Part shown: piece by piece, positions 26,600 to 38,000 of the stretch
Layout: each line of letters starts with the position of its first letter
How positions within the stretch are numbered: the stretch's first letter is position 1
Assembly: GCA_040954595.2 (NCBI GenBank)
Contig: CM082581.2
Span: forward strand, 13,775,921 to 13,839,920
Length of the DNA: 64,000 nt
Direction of reading: 5' to 3'
Source: Balanoglossus misakiensis
Taxonomy: Eukaryota > Animalia > Hemichordata
Notes under the pieces: generated by a model
What the model saw: the letters and a program-made list of their open reading frames with translations, nothing else
Databases searched by the model: none
What the model was told of the DNA's origin: nothing
Translations under genes and position numbers: made by a program

Positions 26600-28171
26600 G
26601 GCGACTTTGGCCGCTGCCGCTTGACTGTGAGTACGGGTTATCTGTCGGACTTTCCTCTCTCTTCTCCACTTACAGGCACTAGGGCAGAGGTCCCGTCCTT
26701 GTCTGCTGCTCTAGTTAATAGCAGTTACAGATTTTGTTTTGGTTAATTCTGCCGTGTAAAAGTTGCCGCGTTTGCTGTTATCATCGGTGATAATTAAAAT
26801 GATAATGCATCCAGATATGGGATCCGAGTACATTGTAAGGGTACTAGCTATTTGCATACGTGTCTGTATTCCCTATTTGCTGGGTATATACCCCCTACAA
26901 GCATAATATGTTCTTGTACTACCGATTTTTTCCGCCGCACTGGGTCAATCTTTTCCCGCTGATCCAACAAGAACAATCCTGGAAGTCCGATTGCTCTGCC
27001 AGTTCCCTGTTGATGACACAGAAATGGAAAAAATCCAGTGACAGAGAATGTGTGCTGGTTTGAGAACTTCTACGCTACTCTGCATCCCAAAACGCCGGCA
27101 ACGATGACTTCATTTCCGCTAGACAAGTACAGTCGGCTGCGGCGATGGAAATATTTAACTTCTGTCAGAGGTGCGTGACCGTACTCGACGGATGCATTTT
27201 ATATACAGACGTGGTCATATAACGTCAAGTCCACTTTTGGTAGGTCCACTTAAATTTCGCGCCAAGTCGTCGAGGAGGTGACGGACAAGTCCACACCGCG
27301 AGTGAATGGTGTTTTCACGCCAAGATTTCATGAAACGAGTGCGTCGAGAGAAGCGTCCTACTTCGTTTCAGTATTTCACGTTTGGCCTGGTCAATGATAA
27401 ACCTATTCGCTTGTCAAACTTCCAAACCAGACATAATTTATTACCCTGACATACATGCAGCGCCGCCTGGAGTCGAACCGTTCACGGTTAGTTATTGTAA
27501 AATTGGCATCTTTCATCCATCATTCCAAAAATAATTTTATTACATAATATCACAATCTACTGAGTATGAAATATCAAATAAACCGAGGTCTTCATAATTT
27601 GGCGTACATACAATCGCCTCCAACTTGTCCTCTGCAGAGAGTAATATACTAGTATTCAACAGATGATGTGAACGTTATGTTTAGACGCCACACTAAGTAC
27701 ATCCGAGAACAGAACAGAACAGAACAGAACAGAATAGCCAAGAATCAGCAAAGGTAAAGATCGATCAGATTGGGAACGGACGCCAACCATCGAAAGTTTT
27801 CATAAAAAAAACAAAAGCATTAAAAAATTTCTACCATGGACGGCGTCTCAAGGTATTTGATAATCGTTTGACAAATAATCATGTGAGTTTCAGAGCACGA
27901 TGCTGAAATTAGCTTCATCTTCATACTCGATCGTATTCGGATTAATTGCGATAAAATGACAATGGAACTGCTGATAATCAAATTAATATTTTAAATGAAA
28001 AATATTGTATTCGGATTGTTTCTGCTTAAACGCTTAACAGAATCAAATACTGTTTTACGTGTATTTGTTTCGCGTCTCTTTCGTCACGGGCACACGCACG
28101 ATAATCCGAAACGCAATCTATATTTGAAGCTTGTTGGAAAGTCATTTCAGAGGTGAATGAAGTATAAGTGA
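26600..28171. promoter_or_regulatory. Divergent (head-to-head) promoter region between PPAR-B and the lectin-like gene
   Basis: The two start codons point away from each other 1.57 kb apart. The region is visibly CpG-rich compared with the CpG-poor background. TATATTT at 28119-28125 and an Inr-like TCATTT at 28142-28147 precede the + strand ATG. Confidence 0.6.
27706..27734. repeat. (AGAAC)n microsatellite
   Basis: Five perfect copies plus a partial copy, inside the divergent promoter region. Confidence 0.9.
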
Positions 28172-31100
28172 ATGAGGTGTGGATGCACGCAGAAAAAAAC
28201 AGTCATGTTTGGGCTAGTTTTTCTGTTCGTTTTGGTATTTACTGCGTCTGATCAAGCAGGCACCTTGTCAGAAAGTCGTCTTGCGGTTATTGACAACCGC
28301 ATCCAACAGGCGCATTCAAAATTCGCGTTTTTGGCGACCGACTGTTTGAACTTACAGTACACATTGAAGGACGGGACTTGGACTGACTGGATAAACTTGT
28401 CGTCACCGTCGGGACTTACTCTAATTTCTAACCCCGTCGCAACCCATGGCCACAAGAATCAAACGCTAGTTTTCGTGCAAGCATCGGACGGCCAGGTTTG
28501 GTACATTGAACAAAACCTAGTGAGTACCATCTCCAAGCCTGCGTTCAAAACGTGGAAACGACTGACTTCCCGTTCGGCCATACCTTTCGAAAGTAGAGCG
28601 ACCATCAGCGGAAAAGATTCACTCACAGTCGGTAATTTCAAAGAAAGCATTGTCGTGTTTGCTCGCTCAGTGAGCCAGAATTCAAGTCATCTGTTCTGGA
28701 GTAAAGAGAATCGTACAACCGGGGAGTTTTCAGACTGGGTCCAGATCGGAGGCAACAAAGCTCATCTTGCAAGCGATGCATCTGTTGTCTTCAACCGCTT
28801 CTCTGGTTACTTTGAGGCTTTTGCAGTGATGGAAGATGGTCACCCATACCGCACGTGGCAGAGAGATGGTAACAGGTGGGCTGATTGGAGAAAACACGGT
28901 AAGAATTAGAATAAAATTCTAGTCTTCCGGAAACGCTGTAAAAAGTCTAAAGTTCAAGGCAAAAACATTGAAGTATAGAATTATAATCTCGAAATGTTAT
29001 TTTATTGTGTGCTGAAACCTTTGAAAGTTTCTTGAACCTTTGAAAGTTTGTCGAACTTTCAGCGCACGCAGAACAAGGTCGCGACCCTTGCATAATGTTT
29101 ACGCTATCCCCAAGCAAACAGTGCGTATTTGAATTGTGACAAAATGGTCTTTTGAAGTTTCAATTTAAGTTTGGAAAAAAGTGAAAAGGAGGCGCAACAA
29201 ACACAAACAACTAGATTTATAAGTGCCCCAAATGTGTTCACTGACATCACCCAATGTGTGCTGTCCAGCAGGTACTTGTATCGACTCGATAGTGTGAAAG
29301 GAACAATTCAAACTGCATGAATATAGACTTCAGCATGTTCAGAGGTAACAATAATAGTGAAAACACTATTTTTTCCTGTTTATCAACCACACTGCACTAA
29401 ACAGCTGGAAAATTGCCAGAAGTCCGTAACTTTCACCTTTATGTGACAGCGCCCTCTATGGTGTAAAACACAAACTCACAGGGCCTCCACTTTTACTTTT
29501 TTCTCTATAGGTGTGTTTGATCCAACTGCAGTAAAGACAAGTCGACCAGCTGCCCACTCCATGAGACATTCCATTTATAACGACGTCTTGGAAGTTTTTA
29601 TCCTCAACGCCGACGGACATGTTCATCACATCTTCCAAACAACTTGTGATACCATAGACAACCCGTGGGGGTATTGCACCTGGGGAGTTTGGCACAAGTT
29701 GGGTAATATTGCACCTGTTGGGAATGAGGTAAACGCCTTGACTGCTGGGAACAACATACATCAAGGGATTGAGCTATTCACAGTGAACGCACGTGGAAGG
29801 TAATGAACTTGATCAATGTGTGTTGGATTGACTGACTCTGACCACCGGTGGCGCTCTCACTTCCATACACTTCATTCCCACTTTCATTGCCTCCTCATGT
29901 GGTGATTTACCACTTTTTTGTAGAATAAAGAATAAAGTCAAATGCTTTGAAGCAAAAAACAGGATGGAAGTTGTGTGTGGTTGAACGTTCATTCACTATA
30001 TATCCACATGTAGAATAACATAAATGGTGTCTTGTATCAAACATAATTAATGGAAACAGGGCAGCGAGAGAGAGACTTTGTCCCTTTAAAGATTCATTAT
30101 ATCATTTCTGCAGTTTATGGCATACATGGCAGCTGGAGAAAGGTGACAAGTGGAGCAACTGGGAGGAGATTGGAAATCCATCCACTGGTGCCATAGCAAC
30201 GCTCCCCTGCGTCATGAATGATGAACAGCTGTGGTGGAAAGTCTATGTGGTAGATTCAAGTAACAATGTAAGTGTTGTCCTATCCAACTAGAGGGAGAAA
30301 ACTGTATTTTTTATATAAATTTTGGAGAGGTTTTAGAATCTCACATCCCACAGGACGTAGAATAAGATTTCTCACACTTGTTGGGGACATTTCGTGAAGG
30401 TTCTAAAACTTCCCGCATTAAAACTACAGAGCAGACCATTCAAAATAGTTGACACTTCCACAATCCACATGGTTCTGATGTCACTCTCTTTTCTCCCTCA
30501 TCCAATATTGCCCCCATCACTTCCACCCCTCCTCCACCTCACAAACTCTCTGCTTCCTCTCAAGGTGGCGATAGTTGAGCAGCCCAGATCTCTGAAGGTT
30601 TCCAGCTCTATCATTCCGTACGGCACCAACCTGACAGTGTCATGGTCAGTCCCCAAAGATGAAGCAACCAACAAAGATTGGATTGGCATCTACCCACATT
30701 CAGCAGACAATGACAGATATGTTGATTTCAGGTCAGTGGACAAATAAATTAATAGTTTGAAGTTTGTTTAAAACACAAAATCCATGTACTGGTCAAGTTC
30801 TTGCAGACTTATGTTTGGATTTTTTTTTGCACATCACTTCTCACAGGTATGTACAAGGAACACAGAATCCCAAGAAAGATCCGGTTCCAAATGGAAATGT
30901 TACAATGGTGTCATTTTTACCAAATGGAAAATATGATGTTAGGTATTTGGTGAATAGGAAATTTGTCAGTGTAATGGAGACAGGTAAGTTGATTCGGTAC
31001 ACACCCTACGCTACTCATCACCACCCTTATTGTCTGGGGACCTTTTTTATCATCTGTGCATTTCCCTGTGTGTAATGAACACAGGTGAGTTGAATCAGTG

Positions 31101-33481
31101 TATAACTACATCTCCCATATTGTGAGGTCGAGTCTATAGTTTCCAACCCCATAGCGTGAATTAACCACTTTGTCTTGTCTGAGTCCTAGACTAATTTTCT
31201 TGGTCTAGACTTTTGCCTGGGGACATGAGAGTGAGGAAAGTTAATCCAAAGTCTTGTGGGTAACCGAGACACCTAAACTAGGGCATGTATTCTGCTATTT
31301 AATTTCACATCTAATGGGAATCTCTTATACAACCATTTCATTTCAGTTGTTCAATACACAAATGGATCAACGGAAGCAGACTGGGTTCAGCTTTACAAAG
31401 GATTGGCAGTCGGACTCGGCACCAAGAACACAAATCTCGTCAAATGTGCTCAGGATGGCAATGAAACTGTGGAGACTTTCCACAAGTCGTTTGATGCGTT
31501 TGAAAACAGAGAGGTAAGAGAAAGATTGACATATCTCGCAGAACTGTGCTCAAATGTCACATTGTGGCCAGTTAATATACCTTGTTCCAAAAGTAAATGT
31601 GGTGAGGAATGAAATTTAAAGTGTTTGCCATGATATACATTGCAATATTTGGATGTTATACTCTTTTATTTTTCTGCTGTTGAAGACCCAGTATCACTCC
31701 TTGTGATGGGCTAGCTTAAATACATACATGTACCCAGAAGCTCTTTTGTATTCTGTGTACGTACGTGTCCATTGAAAGGAGAGCGATTACATGTACTTCT
31801 GTCAGAAGTGCGCCCTCAAGAGTTTTTGCGGAACATCCAAATCAACCAACAAAGCCTGTGGTGCAATATACATTGTGCATCATTTCCATTCAGTGAGAAT
31901 TGAACACTAAACCATCTCTTCTAATGAGGTGGGTCTAAGGTTTCTCCAATTTCACTCAGCGCCACTGTCCTTCGATTTCCCTGATGTCGCCATTGGAATA
32001 ATAAATTGATGTTGTTTGGTCCGATCGGGTTTCAGTGGCTGAGGATCAAACCTTGTGTTACACTTCACTGTATTTGCTTTGGTGTTATTACTGGAGCTAT
32101 ACAGTGTATAAGTCATGTATAAATATTTTATGAAAAGTGCTAGAACACAGATTGATTTTAGTGCATGCAGACACACATACACAAACAAGTGTAAATGTAT
32201 TGAGAGTTAAGAAAAAGTTCTGTTTATTCTAAACGTGTTTATGTGTTAGCAAGCAGACAACAGTACACCTTCTTGCAAATGCAATATTTAATATATGAGG
32301 TCAACACAGTGTACGTACCATATAAAAAAATCAACTAGATTGTTATGAGAAGGGTATACAGAACTAGGGTTTCATATGTTTTGAATTTCAAGCGACGACA
32401 TTTCCTTCCATCCCTATGGAGTACAACATCATTTGTTTTGAATTGCATGATGTGATTATTGAGCTAATGCCACACAGCTTATGCCATTTCATACATTTCA
32501 CAATCCAGTAACTTCTCTCCAGAACCAATAAACATGCAAAGGCACCTGGGATAGTATGACCCTTGACCCATCAGCTAGTAATTTGCATAGAACGTTGAAG
32601 GTCTGAGCAGCGAATGTAGAATTCATGGTTCCATAATGGGATAAATGAATGCAGGAGAAAGATGTATGTATACATCTTTCTGACAAACCTGCAGACCGTG
32701 GTATAGTCTCCTTAATGTCAATTACAGATTATCCCCTGTTGTCAAGGCAACTGATAGGCTAATCATGTTTACAAATTATCTGACTTGAATTCCGTTTGGG
32801 GCTGACAAGGAATCAGGAATCAGAAATGATATTTCATCTTCTAGTTTTGTCCTGCAAAGCTCTGATTCAAATGATTGAAGTAAATTCCAGTTTCTATGCT
32901 GATAAAAATAAAAGTTGCTTTTCTTTCATTTATTTGGGTCCAATTTGACCGTGGGGATAAATACAAAAATGCCTGCCTTCTTATTTTGGTTTTTACCAGA
33001 ATTGTCAAATTCCTTATGGTCATGAAAGTCTCATTTATTGGCTTCCAGAAAAATTTAATCTCGTGGAGATTAAAAGGTATTGCATCGTAACGATTGATTA
33101 CATGCAGTGCATCACTGGATTCAGCTGTTTTGAGGTTAATTCTAACCTCTTATCATTTTTGTGCAGGTGTATCATGGTCTGAGGTTATTGGGTCAGGCAC
33201 TGTTGGACGTTCAGAAGACTCTGGAAACTTGCCTGGAGACCGACATTGCCAAAGCCATGGAGAAATTCATCGCTGATCTCATAAAATGCACTGAATCAGA
33301 CTGCGTGAATTTCACCATTGATGTCTTGACTGAGTTGCTGATTATACTTTACGAGGATATTTATGAAATATTCGGTGACATCAATGCGGCATCTAACTCT
33401 TTCCGTTTAATCAACGCATACGAGCAAGGTGGACTCTGCATTGGCAGGGTCGTGCAGGCCTGTATATCATCGCCACTGTAA
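28172..33481 (+). CDS. Uncharacterised secreted multidomain protein, 651 aa: signal peptide + PLL/fucose-lectin-like WxxW beta-propeller + SKICH/Fn3-like domain + Cys-paired alpha-helical C-terminal domain
   Basis: Exons 28172-28898, 29511-29799, 30114-30267, 30565-30731, 30847-30983, 31347-31513, 33167-33481. All introns are GT-AG with phases 1,2,0,2,1,0; total 1956 nt. Hydrophobic N-terminus MFGLVFLFVLVFTAS. About six repeats of [P/L]xV..E[V/L]F...DG.[L/V][W/Y].tWQ...WxxW..[I/L]G, then LTVSWS..ATNKDWIGIYP..RYVDFRYV. The gene structure is strong; the domain names are motif-level inference. Confidence 0.88.
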
Positions 33482-35128
33482 TCCTGTTACCATGGTTTCA
33501 GCTGGCGGGACTGGTGTTGTTGGCATTGCCAAGTTTCATGGATTATTGAAAGATACCAGAATAAGCAATGGAAAAATTCTGAAAACAAAGCATATCAAAT
33601 ATCTCTCTTGTGAAAAAATCTTGCTCAAAAAATGGAACTTCAGCCAAAGAGGAATATTAGCTCCCATTTGATATGTAATTGTATGTATGTGTGTGCGTAA
33701 TGTATGTAATATGTAGTATTATGTTTTGAGGCAATTTTAATTCTTTCTATTGGTCTTTATTCAAAATGTGTCTACCATCACTGCAGTATACAGGAAACTG
33801 TTGTCATGGTAACCCATAACCTGACAATGACCACATTATTTCCATTTCACCGATATTTTGTTAACAAAAGCCCACATTGACCCATATTGCGTTCATTTCC
33901 TGACTAGCTCTTTTCAAATGTTATGTTCATCTTTTTTTGTTACGTGAAAATCTGACAAGGATATAACAAGTCGTGTTCAAATGACTGTGAAAAATATCAG
34001 AGTTGCCTGCAGGCGAAAGACCTGACAATGTAAAAACTGTCAAAACATTGATAGATGGTATTTTCACTATGGGGAAGCTTGCTTAATTTTTAGTCTTCGC
34101 TCACATTCACCCATGGTGAAAATCCTGCCATGTGAATAGATAGGAAATCACTGTGGGAGTATATGTGTGTGTGTGGGCTGGCTTTCAAATATCAGGTCCA
34201 GAAAACTTTTGATAGTTTTCATTTTCATGTGTATGGTGATGCAAATACACTAAATATGATGTGCATGGCAAGTTATCATTATGCAAAGGAAGATTTGTTT
34301 TGCAGCAAGATTGTCCTTCAAAATGTATGTACGGTACATCCAGTAAGTCTTCACAAAGGAAATGCATTTCGTGCTCATGGAGATAACAAATTTTTGGTAC
34401 TCTATTGGCTTTGGAATAATCCAAGGTGGGATAAGGATTCTGTACATACAAACCAGCTCTACCCCCCCCCCCCCTTCCCCTCCCCCACTCCTCCCCTCTG
34501 CATCTCAAAGGTGAAGAAACAATTGTGGCAAACTGCATCAACGCACTCGTAGGACAATCTGTGTCGATCACCATGGATTCTGCAGAGTGGGTGGGTGCAT
34601 AGATGGGTACATTAGTTGCTCAAGCTATATCCTCATTGTTCTCTTTTCCTGGTGACATTTAAAGCTGAAAGATTAAAGCCCCTGCCTGAAACACCATCAT
34701 TCCTATTGTTCATATTTCAGCTATACCGGTACCACCAACATAGGGTCCGACAGATCATAGAAAGTCTGTTTTTTTTCTGTACGTGCATGTTTCAAAAGGG
34801 AGGAATCAGATCAGCTAGGCTGATTTTTACATACGTGCTAGCTTGGGGATATTATTCAAAGAAAGCCATTTTTGCCATGTATAACTCACAGGATATTTTA
34901 CAAAAAAATTGCCAAATGTTGGCAGGAGTTGTATTCTAGGGTTTCATCAACTCAATGCATTTTGGTTCATGGAAAAAAACAGCAAGCTTGGTGCTTTCGT
35001 CATGTGATATGGCAGGGAGTCTTTTCCAATAGTTAAAATTCACCAACATGAACCTAATTGGTTTATGCTGAAAAAGAACACATGCACCACACAGGAATCA
35101 AGAAGCATCTTTTCTGTTTGTACTGCAT

Positions 35129-35134
35129 TTTATT
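35129..35134 (-). terminator. Candidate distal polyadenylation signal of complexin
   Basis: AATAAA on minus at the end of a roughly 2.9 kb region that is U-rich on the minus strand, downstream of the 38001 stop. Other candidate hexamers exist. Confidence 0.3.
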
Positions 35135-38000
35135 TATATTCGAGAGAGGAATTTAAAGGAATGAATATTTCTTGACAAGACAGAGACACAAGACTGTCTC
35201 CAAAGTAAAACAATTTACCAATGCACAATAAAAAACAAAATACAAAGAAAATACACAAGAATACTACAAGTTATCTTCTTGAGAATTTACAATAAAGATT
35301 CTTATCACAGGAAGTTTGTGTCAGATAGAATATCAACTTCTATTACAAGCTGATAACTTGTTTACCATGAGTGAAGTCATCATCACAACTTTTGCAGAAT
35401 ACTTAGAAATTCATTTTAGGATGAAAGGATGATATTGCACTGTTCTTTTGAAATTAAAACAGCTGCCACTTGTACCCCACAAGGCAGTTGCAATTTTGTT
35501 TTTATTTCAGTTGAAAATAACCATAAAACAGAGTTTAAGGCCCCCAGTAACTCTAATTTAAAGCAATTCGTTTTCAGTAATTTTTTCTCCTGCGTACCAA
35601 CTCTGGTTTCTTGTTCAACTCTGGATAGAAAGCCACAGTTGATACCCAAAATATATAAATACTGAGAAAATCGGCCAAAGTTGGAGTTCCTGGAGCTTCA
35701 ATCACTATTGGCAGCTGTGGATGTTGTTCTAAGAGTCATGATTGTAGTTTCTGTAACATGCTAGTCAATACTCAAATCTTCAAACCCCACTACTCTATAC
35801 AATGTACAGTAAACAATGTACAATTAATTATTATAAACCATTTACAATAATTTATTCTCATTTTTACAGGACAGAAGAACCTTTAACATTGAAAATATCA
35901 AAAACTCATGACAGTAGAGAATTTAATAAAAGATTCATGCATATACATTTAATTCCTGACAAGAAATCAATAATTTATTACCACTAAAAGGTTGCATACA
36001 TTGTATTCTCTAAAATGTTCATACCAAGAGACTTTCAGGCAACACCCCAGATGCTGGGATGTATTTTTATAACCAGTGGAAAGCAAAATTTTCTTGATTT
36101 TTCATTTATATTCTTACAGCTGGCGACTTCATAGTCAGCAGTCTGGGTCATTTCCAAAATTGGTGACATTATATACCATAATATTATTTCCATGATTAGC
36201 CAATCACCGATCAGATTACATCATCAATACGATTTGCAGTCACCACTGGGCTTGAAACAGAATGCGAATAAAACATCCCAAGCTGTTAAGTTGCCCATTT
36301 TTTTTATTCTGATTGTCTAGATGTTTGCGATTGCAGTCCTTGAGAACCACATATCTCTTGCAAGCCACAAAAGTTTCTTGGTACCATTAAATTAACTGCA
36401 TATATCTATTAGAAATTGTTTCACGTCTTCCTTGTTAGTTGATCGATGCATCTTTTTGATTGAAACAAACAATGAGATACTCTGATGTCAATCTACTTTC
36501 GGCATCACACAAAATGTTGTTACAACAAGAAACAGAAAAATCACCATGTACAAATTACTGCTTCTTCTCAACAATTTTTTTTATACATTTACCGGTGTTT
36601 CAAAATGCGTTCTATACACACCGTGCATTACATTCTGGTTGACTTTTATTTTTTAATGTGTTCTTTAACAAACAGTGTCAGGGATAGAGAGATGCTGGCG
36701 AGGACAATGTTTCTCTGTACATGGAGAAAAAAGTTACTTTTTATTTTGCATTATGAATAACATTCATATTTGCAGCCACATTGAAAATTACAAGCCACCA
36801 CCTGACTTTAAAATCTTGAATCAATGAATTTCTGTTAATTTTTACACACATGTAGAATTCTGTGACAAATGTCTTACATGCAGTAACCCTTTTGCATCCT
36901 GGTCCCATGGATGACCATTGTCATCATTTGAAAATTTTCTTACAAGTCAGGTTCAAAGTGTTAAAATTCTGGCTATACAGATTCCATGAACTGATTGGTC
37001 CCAATATTTGGAAATTTCCGACATCCGTGCTGTAGCTACAAATAGGAATTTTACAGAATTCTTCAATAACAAATTTGCAAGTGATTAGATCTTACTTCTC
37101 AAATGCAAAACTAGAAATTGCCGTTTTGAGAACAAGAGTTTGCCACTGTGTGTTGATAAATAAAATGATACGACTCAAATAAATTTATATTTCAAAAGAT
37201 GCAGATAGACAGAATGTGTTTTTACAATGGCAATTACGAAGCTTTAATTTCCCAGTATAGATAGATAGATAGTTAGATTGGAGAAATAGTTGCTGTCACA
37301 TTATACAAGGGTAGAAATTGGCAGAAAGAAATTGTTGACATGCCAACAACACATGTGTGATGTTATTGCTGAAGGCAGGTAGAATTAAGGCTCAGCTTTT
37401 TTGTAAAGACAGTTAAGGTTTTTTATTGTCTTCTTTTTTTTTCAATCCAGTTTGAACCCAAATGAACAATGCAGGACGCAAAGATCAGACTGAAGCCTGA
37501 GAAGTTTGGTACAAACCAGTCAAAGATGCATTGAAATGAATTAAGGTCAAGAGAATGGAACTGAATTGAAAATCTGGCATGAACTGAGCCCAGCCACAAA
37601 CCAGACACAGGTCAGTGACACCTCCAGGTATTAAACTACAGAATATGTTCCCAGCACACGTACAATGCAACCTAGGCTCCATACATAACTGAAATCAGAA
37701 ATCTAGTACACTGTAGATGCAGAAAAGAGGCTTAAGAAGTTATGATTACCAGGGAGAAAAAAGCTGGGAAATATGAGAAGTTTTCTTTGGAATTATCACC
37801 AAAACACAGAATGTAACAACTGTTTGTCTAATTACACTAACACTTATAATTTTCACACGTCTTTCTCTGAATACATTATTTCACAGAATACCTCTTTGTT
37901 CTCATCTTTATAATCCAAATTGTCCATCATCCATCTACCCATATCATAAGCTGCCCGCCTCCTTCACTTATGTATATTTTTGTCACATATTCCTTTAATC

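Noticed and set aside
33778-33822. Minus-strand ...TVSCILQ* resembling a complexin CAAX ending
   Set aside because: The nearest acceptor gives phase 2 rather than the required phase 1, the upstream peptide is not complexin-like, and it lies in the 3' region of the lectin-like gene.
34163-34574. Overlapping 129-aa ORFs on both strands around a poly-C tract
   Set aside because: Low-complexity driven, with no domain signal and no splice context.
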